Positions 10,042-20,363 of a stretch of DNA of 64,000 nucleotides are shown here, one piece after another. Origin of the DNA: a virus; IMG/VR virus record IMGVR_UViG_3300032315_000747, positions 17,900-81,899 of that record, one strand, 5' to 3'. The notes under the pieces were generated by a model. It saw only the letters and a list, made by a program, of their open reading frames with translations, had not been told where the DNA came from and did no database searches. Numbering within the stretch: position 1 is the stretch's first letter; the number at the start of each line of letters is the position of its first letter. The position numbers and the translations under genes were made by a program.

Positions 10042-10073
10042 TAGTTTTCCTTTTATTATGAGAGTATTTATCT

Positions 10074-11099
10074 ATGAATGATGGCATCAAACGAATTGGT
10101 TTCGCATGTAAGTTTGTAGAAATCAACACTAAGGGTGAGATCGTTAGTGTCGACGGATTCAACACAGGCGGCACTACACTCGCCTGGGCAAAACGTCAGA
10201 ACAACTCACATGCTGTCGAAGAAAAGATCATGGATGTCGCAAAGCGCAACATCCTAAACACTCACGCACTCGTCAAAAAAATTGCGACTCTTCCTATCGA
10301 ACTACGCATGTTGCGCATCACCAGCGATATGTTGAGTTTCTACACACATCCCGATTATCATTATTTCTGGTCGCGACAAGATGTGCAAGACAGTCTAGCA
10401 CGTTGGATGGCTCCGATCGGTGAGACTGCTCGTAAGCACAATGTTCGTCTCTCATTTCACCCTGATCAATTTGTAGTCCTTGCTAGTGATCGTGAAGAAG
10501 TGGTAGAAAACAGTATCAGAGAATTCGAATATCACGCTGACATGGCACGTTGGATGGGCTATGGTAAAACCTTTCAGGATATGAAGATCAATGTTCATAT
10601 CAGTGGTCGTCAAGGGCCCGACGGTATCAAGAAGGTAATGTCTCGACTAAGCCCCGAGGCTCGTAATTGCATCACTATCGAGAATGACGAGATGACTTGG
10701 GGTATCGATAGCAGTCTAGAACTTGCTGATACCTGCGCTCTCGTACTGGATATCCATCATCATTGGATCCGGACCGGTGAATATATCGAAGCCACTGATG
10801 ATCGTATCAATCGTATCATTGACAGTTGGCGAGGTGTACGTCCTGTCATTCATTACAGTGTAAGTCGTGAAGATGTACTTCCCGGACATTGTAAGATGAC
10901 TTGTCCCGAATTAACTACACTACTAGAGCAAGGTCATAAGAAGCAAAAGCTACGTGCCCATAGCGAGTACTATTGGAACAAGGCTGTCAATGATTGGGCT
11001 ATGACTCACAACGAATGGTCCGACATCATGTGCGAGAGTAAAGCGAAAAACCTAGCTAGTTTCAAATTATATGATACATATATTAAGAAAGGTAATTAA
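10074..11099 (+). CDS. uvsE: UV DNA damage endonuclease
   Basis: IGFAC, LRITSD, RLSFHPDQF, IENDE, VLDIHHH, HYS, AHS, DIMCESKAK. Confidence 0.9.
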   Translation: MNDGIKRIGFACKFVEINTKGEIVSVDGFNTGGTTLAWAKRQNNSHAVEEKIMDVAKRNILNTHALVKKIATLPIELRMLRITSDMLSFYTHPDYHYFWSRQDVQDSLARWMAPIGETARKHNVRLSFHPDQFVVLASDREEVVENSIREFEYHADMARWMGYGKTFQDMKINVHISGRQGPDGIKKVMSRLSPEARNCITIENDEMTWGIDSSLELADTCALVLDIHHHWIRTGEYIEATDDRINRIIDSWRGVRPVIHYSVSREDVLPGHCKMTCPELTTLLEQGHKKQKLRAHSEYYWNKAVNDWAMTHNEWSDIMCESKAKNLASFKLYDTYIKKGN

Positions 11100-11521
11100 T
11101 GTTTAAAGCAATCAAAGACTGGATCAGTCCTCCTCCCCCACCTATCCCGGTTCCTGAACCCGAAGTAAAGAAAGAGCCCAAGGCTAAGAAGCCTGAATTA
11201 ACTCCTAAGGAAAAGGCAACACTTGCAGGTGAACCCTATATCTCTATTTTGAGTGTGGAGCTCGATCCTAACGATATCAACAATGGATCATTCGACTTAG
11301 ATTGGAATGATAAGTTCGTGCTTAACCTAGTCAAGCAGGGATATAAGTTCTCACCTAAGGATACTGATTCAATGATCGTTGATCGCTGGTTCCAGACTGT
11401 ATGCAGGAATATCGCTTTAGAAGTGTATGAGCAAGAGATTGCTGATCCCGAGAAGCGAGAATCTGAAGTGCGAGTCATTCAACAGCGTGATATTGGTGGC
11501 GGATTTACTGAGGTAAGTTAA
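11099..11521 (+). CDS. Hypothetical protein
   Basis: 140-aa ORF with coupled stop/start to both neighbours. Confidence 0.7.
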   Translation: MFKAIKDWISPPPPPIPVPEPEVKKEPKAKKPELTPKEKATLAGEPYISILSVELDPNDINNGSFDLDWNDKFVLNLVKQGYKFSPKDTDSMIVDRWFQTVCRNIALEVYEQEIADPEKRESEVRVIQQRDIGGGFTEVS

Positions 11522-12099
11522 TGAAAAAAATGTTTGACCGACCAATTGAACTTGATGCTCCGGACTTCATAATTCCATTACGAAATATTCAAAGTCCCAC
11601 GGACATATATAATTTTTGCAGAACCAACAATATTTCTCATTATGGATATGGGTTTAGGTTTGCTCGTAACAGTTATTTAACGAAACAGCTTAAATTTGGA
11701 TTTAGTGCCCCAGAACCAAATGCAAAGGCTATTCAAAAAGGTGAACGGTTGGTTCGGCAAATTGCTTGGCTTCCAGGCTGGAATATTAATGTGTCAAGTT
11801 CTCATGGATTTGAATTTTGGCACGGTTGCACCTCTTTGATTAATCAAGAAATTCTCCCCAAAGATACAAATTATACTGATATTGAAATTGCAATTTGGTC
11901 GGTTGACAAACGTACTAACATCTCGGGGTACCCTTTAACTAGAAAAGAACTTGCAGCATATACTGAAAGCGAGTTGTGTGAACAGTACGTCGAACATCAC
12001 GGCTGTCTCCCGCATTTAAACATTGTAGATCCTACCCTAAATAAAACATATCGGGGATTGAGAAAAAGCACCTTTTTAGACTTGTTTGAAATCGGATAA
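11521..12099 (+). CDS. Hypothetical protein (possibly GIY-YIG-like)
   Basis: YGYGF...LKFGFS...ERLVRQ loosely resembles a GIY-YIG core. Confidence 0.45.
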   Translation: MKKMFDRPIELDAPDFIIPLRNIQSPTDIYNFCRTNNISHYGYGFRFARNSYLTKQLKFGFSAPEPNAKAIQKGERLVRQIAWLPGWNINVSSSHGFEFWHGCTSLINQEILPKDTNYTDIEIAIWSVDKRTNISGYPLTRKELAAYTESELCEQYVEHHGCLPHLNIVDPTLNKTYRGLRKSTFLDLFEIG

Positions 12100-12168
12100 A
12101 AAGACTTGACATCTATCTATTAAGTGCGTGTATTAAAAATTGAACACAGAAATGAAAGTTTAATTGAT

Positions 12169-12540
12169 ATGCAAATTCGTCCTACTTGTATTAATCACGG
12201 CTGCAATCGTCTAGTTGCTAATGACGGAAGTCGTTGGAGGCCTACCTGTTATCGATGCCATAAAGCAGGGTATGGGAAAGGTACTTTTGCTTTCGGCGTT
12301 ACCCCATTTCGAACCGGTTATTGCACTAACGCTGATAGTCATTTGGGTTTTCCGTGCGCTATTGATTACAAAAAGGCACCGTGGGTAATAGGCAAAACGC
12401 ATATTGATCATATTGACGGTAACCATTTAAATAATATTCTAGAAAACGTGGTTGAACTTTGTCCTCTCTGTCATCAATACAAAGGTATGCTTACCGGTGA
12501 CTTTAAGAATCAAGGCGTGTATCACTACAACAAAAAATAA
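12169..12540 (+). CDS. HNH endonuclease
   Basis: IDHIDGNHLNN...ELCPLCH plus N-terminal Cys pairs. Confidence 0.8.
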   Translation: MQIRPTCINHGCNRLVANDGSRWRPTCYRCHKAGYGKGTFAFGVTPFRTGYCTNADSHLGFPCAIDYKKAPWVIGKTHIDHIDGNHLNNILENVVELCPLCHQYKGMLTGDFKNQGVYHYNKK

Positions 12541-12598
12541 TGGTTGACATTCAGCCTAATCCTTGCTATAATATGCGTATAAATAGAGAAAGCCTCAT

Positions 12599-13630
12599 AT
12601 GAAATATGCACTGATCGACACGGCTAATACCTTCTTTCGCGCTAGGCACGTTGCGTCTCGTAATACCGACACGTGGGAAAAAGTAGGAATGGCGATGCAC
12701 CTTACATTATCTTCTGTCAATCAAATGGTACGTAAGTTTGGCATCGATCATGTCGTGTTCTGTCTCGAGGGTCGTTCTTGGCGTAAGGACTTCTACAAGC
12801 CATACAAGGCGAATCGAGTAAAGACTGACGCAACTGAGGCTGAGATCGAAGAGAACAAGATGTTCTGGGATACGTATGAAGAGTTTACTACGTTCATTCG
12901 TGAGCGCACAAACGCTAGCGTACTACGTCATCCTGCTGCTGAAGCAGATGACCTCATCGCACGTTTCATTGCGTTGCATCCCGAAGACGAGCATTTCATT
13001 ATCTCGTCTGACACTGACTTTGTTCAACTGATCGCACCTAACGTAAAGCAGTACAACGGTGTTGCTGGTCAGTTGATCACACTTGAGGGTTACTTCGATG
13101 ATCGTGGTAAGCCTGTCAAAGATAAGAAGACTAAGGAACCTAAATTGCTTGAGGATCCTGAATATCTTCTATTCAAGAAGATCATTCGCGGTGACGCAAC
13201 TGACAACGTGTTCTCTGCATACCCAGGTGTGCGCGAGAAGGGTTCTAAGAACACTATCGGTATTCAGGAAGCATATGCAGATCGCATTAAGCAAGGCTTC
13301 AACTGGAATAATTTTCAATTGCAACGTTGGACTGATCACGATAACGTTGAGCATCGAGTTAGAGATGATTATGCACGCAATCGTACCTTGATCGATCTAA
13401 CTGCACAACCGCAAGAAATTAAAGATGCCGTCGACCAATCAATATGTACAGGAGTAAAGACTACCCTTACTTCTCAGGTCGGTATTCATCTACTTCGTTT
13501 TTGTGCAAAATACGAACTAACAAAAATAAGTGAACAGGCCGAGACTTATTCTAAGTGGCTCAACAATGCCTATTCCGGATCTCTTATTGAGAAACAATCT
13601 CCAACAAAGGAAACACAACATGACGACTGA
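12599..13630 (+). CDS. rnh: T4-type RNase H / 5'-3' flap exonuclease
   Basis: LIDTAN, SWRKDFYKPYKANR, EADDLI, ISSDTDFVQL, RGDATDNV; TTGACA...TATAAT promoter upstream. Confidence 0.9.
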   Translation: MKYALIDTANTFFRARHVASRNTDTWEKVGMAMHLTLSSVNQMVRKFGIDHVVFCLEGRSWRKDFYKPYKANRVKTDATEAEIEENKMFWDTYEEFTTFIRERTNASVLRHPAAEADDLIARFIALHPEDEHFIISSDTDFVQLIAPNVKQYNGVAGQLITLEGYFDDRGKPVKDKKTKEPKLLEDPEYLLFKKIIRGDATDNVFSAYPGVREKGSKNTIGIQEAYADRIKQGFNWNNFQLQRWTDHDNVEHRVRDDYARNRTLIDLTAQPQEIKDAVDQSICTGVKTTLTSQVGIHLLRFCAKYELTKISEQAETYSKWLNNAYSGSLIEKQSPTKETQHDD

Positions 13631-14078
13631 TCTGGTCGCAAAAACAATCGTTAAGGACCAATTTTGGATTGTTACAGATGGTACGAAAAAGGTAGGAAAC
13701 ATCGAAGCCAATAACTCTGGTTACGGTGTTCAACTCAACGGACATTCGTTTCAGTTTGATAATGCGGTCGAGTTAAAGAAAAAGACTAAGATCCGATTCG
13801 CCCCTATCAAGTCAGATAGTACAAAGATATCTCTGCCTTACCCTGAATATCCTACTCCAGCCAATGTATATAATTCAATATTTGACATCACGCGCGGCTT
13901 GCATCTGTTTACTACATCGATGAAGAGTAAGTGTTTACATGCTGCAGGATGGTTCCTATTAGAGCAGAACGGGGTCAAGACAGTCATGTTCTGCCCGAAG
14001 TATATTTTCATTCAACGTTACCCATATGAGGGTCCGTTTAAAACGGAAACTGAAGCTATTAATAAGATAAATATCTGA
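13620..14078 (+). CDS. Hypothetical protein
   Basis: ATG 13620 after AAGGA RBS. Confidence 0.7.
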   Translation: MTTDLVAKTIVKDQFWIVTDGTKKVGNIEANNSGYGVQLNGHSFQFDNAVELKKKTKIRFAPIKSDSTKISLPYPEYPTPANVYNSIFDITRGLHLFTTSMKSKCLHAAGWFLLEQNGVKTVMFCPKYIFIQRYPYEGPFKTETEAINKINI

Positions 14079-14080
14079 CG

Positions 14081-14290
14081 ATGTTTCATATCCGACGATT
14101 CATAGAAAAGATGGCAGTGGTCGAATCAAAGAACACTAAAGATGTGGTTATTCCTATCGCCGAAGCACGTGGATTGCGAGATGAGCTTACTAAGCTAGTA
14201 GCAGAACTATATGAGTACAGTAAGAAACATGATGAAGATCGAAAAAATGAAGTGTTTGAGATACAAATAAGAGGGGGTTCATTTAAATGA
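14081..14290 (+). CDS. Hypothetical protein
   Basis: ORF in a tightly packed operon. Confidence 0.65.
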   Translation: MFHIRRFIEKMAVVESKNTKDVVIPIAEARGLRDELTKLVAELYEYSKKHDEDRKNEVFEIQIRGGSFK

Positions 14291-14299
14291 ATGATCTAA

Positions 14300-14605
14300 A
14301 TGTCTAGAAATCAACCCAACATTTTGCTCGAACACGTAGATAGACAGACCTATAAATGTGATCAGATCGTAGAGGCTGCTGGAATATGGGCTGTATTTCT
14401 TGATGGTCAACCTATTAACCTCAAGTCATCACATTATCTCACTAACGATTCTGCTCCCAAATATAAAAAGACTAGTTTCTCAAATCCCGGTCATGCTAGG
14501 AATCTATGTCGCAAGTTGAATGCACAGTTTAAGACTGACAAGTTTACTGTTTGTTTTTTGAACCAAGGTAGAACGGTTTACCCAGAATCCATCACTGATG
14601 AGTAG
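14300..14605 (+). CDS. Hypothetical protein
   Basis: ORF in a tightly packed operon. Confidence 0.7.
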   Translation: MSRNQPNILLEHVDRQTYKCDQIVEAAGIWAVFLDGQPINLKSSHYLTNDSAPKYKKTSFSNPGHARNLCRKLNAQFKTDKFTVCFLNQGRTVYPESITDE

Positions 14606-14616
14606 GTAATACGATT

Positions 14617-15027
14617 GTGACCTATCCTAAGTCGAAGACAGATATAATAAAAACTATCTTAGCGTCGATAGGTGATGATCCCGATAATCCCTGGAAAAAT
14701 ATACCAGTAGACAAACTTGTGTTCTCTTGGTTTATTAGCGGACGTACTGGTTCTGGATTACGACTAACAGTAGAAGGATCTAAAGCCTTCGCTTATGCAC
14801 AGCTAGCACATTATGATTTTCCAGTCGACAACAGTGGGAAAGTTTGGACGGCGGCAGCATGGGAGAGGTATGCGGTCTTCATCAACAAGAAACTACACTG
14901 TCCATATTTTATTTCTTCTAGCATAGAACATCAACATCTACGGGTGCGGGTATATGATCATCGTATCGCGATGATGTTAGGTTTGTTTGGATCACTGACT
15001 GAATACATCGAATCTGTCATAACATAA
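14617..15027 (+). CDS. Hypothetical protein
   Basis: GTG start after a GTAGG RBS-like site. Confidence 0.65.
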   Translation: MTYPKSKTDIIKTILASIGDDPDNPWKNIPVDKLVFSWFISGRTGSGLRLTVEGSKAFAYAQLAHYDFPVDNSGKVWTAAAWERYAVFINKKLHCPYFISSSIEHQHLRVRVYDHRIAMMLGLFGSLTEYIESVIT

Positions 15028-15116
15028 TTAACCCGAACCAGTTTACTTATACTAAATAGTATCGTAGACTGACACTGTAGTCGATCTACAAACACACACA
15101 CACAGAAAGGAATACT

Positions 15117-15395
15117 ATGTTTAAAACTTTAATCAACAACACCGTTGAATCGGTGCAGGCAATGCAAAAAATTGCCATTGACTCTTTTGTCAGACACGAA
15201 CCACTTGCTAATACATTCAACAAATTCGTAGATGCACAAACAGTGTATACTAAGAATTCCGTTACAGCTATGTCTGAAGCTAGTTCTTCACTTTTTCAGT
15301 TAATCACTGATAAGGATTTTTATACTGGTTTGGTTAATACTGCCCAAGAAAGCGCAAAAACTGTTTTCCCTAATAGGGAAAAGCAAAATGATTAA
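15117..15395 (+). CDS. Hypothetical helical protein
   Basis: GAAAGGA RBS; late-type CTAAATA at ~15052. Confidence 0.65.
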   Translation: MFKTLINNTVESVQAMQKIAIDSFVRHEPLANTFNKFVDAQTVYTKNSVTAMSEASSSLFQLITDKDFYTGLVNTAQESAKTVFPNREKQND

Positions 15396-15650
15396 ACAGT
15401 TTTTCAAACAGGCACTAGAGTTTTATCTCCGCGGATTGATAATCAATGGAGAGAATCAGGCTTTTATGCATCAAGCGATGTATTCACAGTCAAAGAAAAT
15501 TTTTAACCAAAAGACAGAGAAAGATAATTAAAAATGACCACTTATGAAGCAACTCGGCTAGCAAGTCGTGCTGGTAGTACTGTTATGGGTGCTATATGCG
15601 TATTTATGTTATTTGTTTTTACAAGTCTCGTATATTAAGGAGAAAATCAG

Positions 15651-15899
15651 ATGGACCTACCAGAAATAAAGTTTAACAAGACTGGATACGAGATTCGCAC
15701 TAACATTCTTGAAATGGCGAAAAATCTTGTCTCTGAAGAATACCATGCCAAATATATGGGATGGGAAATATCTCAGGAACGCGACCCGGTGACTAACCAA
15801 ATTGTTACTAAGGTCGCAGCTCCGGAATTTCCTGGACTTGACAAAGTCCTCGAGACCGCTGAAAAAATGTATGAATTCGTTAACTACAAGAAATCTTAA
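15651..15899 (+). CDS. Hypothetical phage protein
   Basis: AAGGAG RBS; YEIRTNILEMAK...AEKMYEFV. Confidence 0.7.
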   Translation: MDLPEIKFNKTGYEIRTNILEMAKNLVSEEYHAKYMGWEISQERDPVTNQIVTKVAAPEFPGLDKVLETAEKMYEFVNYKKS

Positions 15900-15911
15900 C
15901 AGAGAATCATA

Positions 15912-16127
15912 ATGCCTTCAGAAGTTCCTAGGTATCAACCAAGAGAGACTCATCAACGTCTGCTCGATCAACAAGGAAATACTCATCTTTCACTGTTGTC
16001 GAACGAAATTGCTTGGATGCCGAACAATAATTCTAGACGCATCCGTGATACCAAAATGTTTATCTCGGGTACAATTGTAGGTATTGTCGCAATTGTCGGC
16101 AGTCTTATGTTAATGATAGCTCGATGA
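15912..16127 (+). CDS. Small membrane protein
   Basis: C-terminal hydrophobic helix. Confidence 0.5.
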   Translation: MPSEVPRYQPRETHQRLLDQQGNTHLSLLSNEIAWMPNNNSRRIRDTKMFISGTIVGIVAIVGSLMLMIAR

Positions 16128-16372
16128 GTGATGTTCTAGGTACTATTGCTTCTCTACTCAGTAGGGCAGAACACGCTGAACTCATGGTGATGACTGCTCA
16201 ATATCGGATCAACGAATTAGAATCTATGTTGAACGCCAATATTGAGCAGTCTAATACTAACGAGCGAGCTAAAATCGTAGATTATTTGAAATACCATGAC
16301 CCAGCAGGTTGCTGGTGGAAAGAAATCGAAGCAGGGGAACATCTGAAATTAGCCTCGAATCAGATACTTTGA
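16124..16372 (+). CDS. Hypothetical protein
   Basis: ATGA overlap with the upstream gene. Confidence 0.55.
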   Translation: MSDVLGTIASLLSRAEHAELMVMTAQYRINELESMLNANIEQSNTNERAKIVDYLKYHDPAGCWWKEIEAGEHLKLASNQIL

Positions 16373-16400
16373 TTTTTTTAGCTATTTCGGACTAAAAAGG

Positions 16401-16438
16401 TTGACATTCTAAATCTCTTTTGCTATATTAAGTTATAA
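16401..16438 (+). promoter_or_regulatory. Early promoter repeat
   Basis: TTGACA...TTTTGCTATATTAAGTTATA, the same motif as at 27676, 27987, 29777 and 30269. Confidence 0.7.
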
Positions 16439-16459
16439 GCTGAGAAAAAGGAACTGAAC

Positions 16460-16747
16460 ATGTCAAATGAATTGAAGCAGTATCTTGATCGTGCTAACAC
16501 TCTGGCCAAGCTTTTTGGTGACAAAGAGTATGACCTCAACAACGTGTTTGATCGTCGTCGCCTTGCTGAGAAGCTGGATTGCGATCTTAGCCCTGAAAAC
16601 CTGTCCTGCGACGGTGAAGTGCGTGGGAAAGCACTTAAGCATAAGTACACCTTTTTGACTCGTGTGCTCAAGCAGCTTGTGGCCATTGAGGAGCATGAAC
16701 GTAAGCATTATATGCTTGCTGGCGGCCCCTTCCCTATCTCCTACTAA
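16460..16747 (+). CDS. Hypothetical early protein
   Basis: Follows an early promoter; AAGGA RBS; LSPENLSCDGE motif. Confidence 0.7.
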   Translation: MSNELKQYLDRANTLAKLFGDKEYDLNNVFDRRRLAEKLDCDLSPENLSCDGEVRGKALKHKYTFLTRVLKQLVAIEEHERKHYMLAGGPFPISY

Positions 16748-16763
16748 TTTATAATCCTGATCA

Positions 16764-17033
16764 ATGGAAAATACCATGTCTAAGACTCAAAAGAATTATT
16801 ATCTGATCATCCCTAATGATTGTGAGTTTATGCCCGAAAATTGGAATTGGGCAGGCGAGTATCACAAGGATGAAAAGCCTGAAGGGGGCGAAATGGTGTA
16901 TGACGTTTATACCACCCGTAAGGAAGCTCTTGCAGTAGCAGAAGAATGGGCTAGCATGTACCGCGGGGAGTCTGCTTTCCGCATTAGTTTGAAAGATGAT
17001 ACTTATAAGGAAAAGTCGGTAGCCGCCGCCTAA
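16764..17033 (+). CDS. Hypothetical protein
   Basis: ORF with phage-like codon usage. Confidence 0.6.
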   Translation: MENTMSKTQKNYYLIIPNDCEFMPENWNWAGEYHKDEKPEGGEMVYDVYTTRKEALAVAEEWASMYRGESAFRISLKDDTYKEKSVAAA

Positions 17034-17104
17034 TTAAAAAGGCTTGACTTTCTCACAAAGAAGCTATACATTAAGATCATAGATTGAAGCAGCGGAAGCG
17101 TCAC

Positions 17105-17764
17105 ATGGCTCGTTATCAGGCTCCCAAGATTTCTTATTCGACTGGCGAAGTGTTTGCCGCTGCTTGTGCTGCACAGCGCATCAACGGTGAATATCTCAAG
17201 AACGACAAGGTTCTTTATGATACTGATGGGTATGTCGAGAAGGTCGAGAAGATCGCCAACAAAAAGCTGACTTCTCAGTTTCTTCGCGGTGTTTTTGAAA
17301 TCAGCGACGATGATCGTGAACAAGGGCAAGAGGTACGTCAGTACTGCAACTCCCTGACGTTCAAGATCCTGCAGGGAAAGACTCTGAGTGAGTTTGAGCA
17401 AGTTATGCTCAATGTTGCTGACAAAGAGATGGTTGACAGTTTCTATGAGATTGCTGTTATCTCGTCTCTCCCTGCGTCCCATGAGCGTTACAAAGCTCGT
17501 GCAGAAACTGATCGCCGTGTCCGTGACACGAATGGTTTTGTTGGTGACATGGGTGATAAGGTTGATCTCAAAGTTAACGTAATGAAGTGTTTTTATTCTC
17601 GTAACTGGAACGTGCATTTCATTACTGCGATCACTGAAAATAATGAGTCCGTGTTTTTCAGCAGCCGTGTTCAGTTTGATATCGGCAAGTCGCTGAATGT
17701 TAGGGGTACTGTTAAGTCTCATCGCGATGGGTCTTCTCAGCTTTCCCGTGTTAAGGTTCTCTGA
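17105..17764 (+). CDS. Hypothetical protein with C-terminal OB-fold-like region
   Basis: FVGDMGDKV...VRGTVKSH...QLSRVK pattern; early promoter at ~17044. Confidence 0.65.
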   Translation: MARYQAPKISYSTGEVFAAACAAQRINGEYLKNDKVLYDTDGYVEKVEKIANKKLTSQFLRGVFEISDDDREQGQEVRQYCNSLTFKILQGKTLSEFEQVMLNVADKEMVDSFYEIAVISSLPASHERYKARAETDRRVRDTNGFVGDMGDKVDLKVNVMKCFYSRNWNVHFITAITENNESVFFSSRVQFDIGKSLNVRGTVKSHRDGSSQLSRVKVL

Positions 17765-17773
17765 ACCTTAAAG

Positions 17774-17866
17774 TGGGTGTTCGTCAAACACGAATGGTCT
17801 TTCGTAAAGTGGGTCTCCCTTCAATGGGTTGTAAATTCCCTAAGTGGACTGTTTGACGAACACCCA
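17774..17866. repeat. 17-bp perfect inverted repeat enclosing 59 nt (candidate ncRNA)
   Basis: TGGGTGTTCGTCAAACA (17774-17790) / TGTTTGACGAACACCCA (17850-17866). Confidence 0.85.
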
Positions 17867-18289
17867 AATTTTAAAGGAAGGTGTTGTAGCCTATTCGCCG
17901 CCAGCTACTTCATGAGCTGGAAAATCAGTAAAGAAGGATAAAGAATAATGGAATTCCTCATAGCGTTTATCGTTGGTAGTATCGCCGGCGCGATCGGCGC
18001 GCGTCTGCAACTCTGGCTCGCTGATCGCTATTCTAAGCAGCGTAAGCGAGATGTCATGAAAGATTACCACACAGGTTATCTCAATGACTAATTCAGAGAT
18101 CCTAGACGACCTCGATGGTGTGCTGTCTGATGTTAGCCATCTACTCGACCGCGTGCCGGAAGAGACCGAGAGCCTGATGCTCCTCGGCATTCGTCGTACT
18201 CTTGTACGAATTGCTACCGCCATCGAGTCGAGAAAAAGTGCAAGATTGTCGAACACCTAACTGTCATTGACGTTTATATTGAGACGGCC

Positions 18290-18496
18290 ATGAACAGTAA
18301 AGAAAACATAATTAGGAAATTAAAAGAGGAACCGTTGTTAGTGACAAGTTTTTGGTGTAGATTTGGCTTACACAACTGGACCAAATATAATGAACCCGTA
18401 GACTACGAGGGGGCCTGGCGTCGCCGCCGTCGTAGTCAGGATCGGCGATGCGCCTCATGCAATAAGTTTAATCACTGGCTTATACCCGAACTTTGA
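18290..18496 (+). CDS. Small Zn-binding hypothetical protein
   Basis: CRFGLHNW...CASC. Confidence 0.6.
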   Translation: MNSKENIIRKLKEEPLLVTSFWCRFGLHNWTKYNEPVDYEGAWRRRRRSQDRRCASCNKFNHWLIPEL

Positions 18497-18550
18497 ACTT
18501 GACATCAACCTAATTTGATAGTATAGTAGTCTGTAACTTAAGGAAAATTA

Positions 18551-19900
18551 ATGTCGGCATCTTGGATTAACTCACTCAATAGTAGTGATTCTCGCATTCA
18601 CAAAGAAAATATTATCAGTCAGGCGCTAACAGCAGCATTGCTTGGCAACACAACTGCTAAGTTTTTTCTTAATATGCTGAAGCTTTGTTATGATCCATAT
18701 GTCGTGTTTGGGGTAAGACAGATACCAGAAACTTCTGGAATCACTGGTGCAGAAAACCCCTGGAACGAGTTTGGCGATCTTACTGTAAGGCTCAGCACTC
18801 GTGAAATCACCGGACATGATGCACGTGACGCTATCCAAACAATGGCAGACCGATTTGATAGTGACGAGTGGAATACTTTTCTTGCTCCCGTCTTGCGGCG
18901 AGACATACGCTGTGGCATATCGTCAACTACAATCAACAAAGTTTGCAAAAAGACAGAGTACGAAATTTCAGTTTTTGGGTGTCAACTGGCAACCAATTCT
19001 GAAGGCAGACCCGAGATGACCGGTATCAAACGTCTCGAACCTAAACTTGATGGCGTGCGTGTTCTACTAGTAGTGCAAGTTCTTGACAGCGGGGCACATG
19101 TCACATGCTATAGTCGTAATGGTAAGGTATTTGAGAACTTTAACCACATCGAAAAACAAGTACTTGATAACTTACCTGAAATGATTGCTGCTAGGCATGA
19201 GGTAGGAGGCCTTGGGGCAGACCTAACTCTTGGATTTGTGCTTGATGGTGAAGTTGTGGGTAATAGTTTTCAAGAACTGATGCGCCAGGCTCGTCGCAAA
19301 GAAAATGTTGCGAGCGAGGACAGTGTGTTTCATGTATTTGACATTATTCCTATTCTTGATTTTAGCAGGGGATACTGGAACGCATCCCTGACCAAACGTC
19401 TCGCATTGCTTGACGCAATGAAGTCTGCCATTGACAAGATGTCCAACCTAGAATTACTTCCACATCTACTTGTTGATCTTACTACACTCGAGGGCAGAAA
19501 CCAGCTTGATCGTTATGCAAAAGATATGGTTACTGCTGGATTTGAGGGCATCATGATCAAGGATCTTGCGACCCCGTATGAATGTAAGCGCAACACCGCC
19601 TGGATGAAGTACAAGCCCGTACATGACTACGACCTCGCTGTAATTGGGGTAGAGTCTGGAACCGGAAAGAACAAAGACAGAATGGGAGCTTTGGTGTGCG
19701 AAGGGATCGACGACGGAAAACACATCGTAGTCAATGTGGGTAGCGGGTTTACTGATGCCGAACGACAAGAATATTGGGATAACCGAAACGATCTGATCGG
19801 GCGATCGGTGGTAATTATGGCAGATGTGGTAACTCTTAATCAAAACGGCACTTATAGTCTACGTTTTCCTAGATTTAAATCATTTCGATATGACAAGTGA
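18551..19900 (+). CDS. ATP-dependent DNA ligase
   Basis: EPKLDGVR (motif I), LDGE, FDII, EGIMIK, WMKYK, VGSGFTD, SLRFPRF. Confidence 0.95.
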   Translation: MSASWINSLNSSDSRIHKENIISQALTAALLGNTTAKFFLNMLKLCYDPYVVFGVRQIPETSGITGAENPWNEFGDLTVRLSTREITGHDARDAIQTMADRFDSDEWNTFLAPVLRRDIRCGISSTTINKVCKKTEYEISVFGCQLATNSEGRPEMTGIKRLEPKLDGVRVLLVVQVLDSGAHVTCYSRNGKVFENFNHIEKQVLDNLPEMIAARHEVGGLGADLTLGFVLDGEVVGNSFQELMRQARRKENVASEDSVFHVFDIIPILDFSRGYWNASLTKRLALLDAMKSAIDKMSNLELLPHLLVDLTTLEGRNQLDRYAKDMVTAGFEGIMIKDLATPYECKRNTAWMKYKPVHDYDLAVIGVESGTGKNKDRMGALVCEGIDDGKHIVVNVGSGFTDAERQEYWDNRNDLIGRSVVIMADVVTLNQNGTYSLRFPRFKSFRYDK

Positions 19901-19909
19901 GGAACTAAA

Positions 19910-20089
19910 ATGTCTGATTTAAATATTATTTTCGAAGAACTACCTCAACGCTGCGAAGGTTGTGGTATTATTGCAGAGACTCGACCGTTTGGCATCAATC
20001 ATGAAGAAATCTGCTTTGATTGTGCTATGAAGGATGAAGCGGTTACTCAGATCCGTATGAAAGAATTTCTGTTTGGCGATGAAGAATGA
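19910..20089 (+). CDS. Small Zn-finger protein (not in ORF track)
   Basis: GAGGA RBS; MSDLNIIFEELPQRCEGCG...ICFDCA. Confidence 0.6.
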   Translation: MSDLNIIFEELPQRCEGCGIIAETRPFGINHEEICFDCAMKDEAVTQIRMKEFLFGDEE

Positions 20090-20328
20090 ACGAGAACACT
20101 GATGCTATAGAAGGTTGGGAAGAAGATCCAGTCGATTATGTAGAACTGCAAGCGATGGTCGGTAAGAAATATGTTTTTGAAGACGGAGATAGCATCGAGA
20201 TTGTACAGATCAAACGAAGAGACACCGGTCCTTGGGTAACATATCATGTTCAGCAAGGACCTGGTATTCCTAGAAAGTTGGTGATGATGCTCGACGAATT
20301 TCATATTACATATGGTCATCTGTTTTAA
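20086..20328 (+). CDS. Hypothetical protein
   Basis: ATGA overlap with the upstream gene. Confidence 0.65.
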   Translation: MNENTDAIEGWEEDPVDYVELQAMVGKKYVFEDGDSIEIVQIKRRDTGPWVTYHVQQGPGIPRKLVMMLDEFHITYGHLF

Positions 20329-20363
20329 ACCCAGCAGAAACAGAAAATTAGACTAAATAGTTA

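Noticed and set aside
17030-17722. 230-aa minus-strand ORF
   Set aside because: Antisense shadow of the + strand gene, which has the promoter and operon context.
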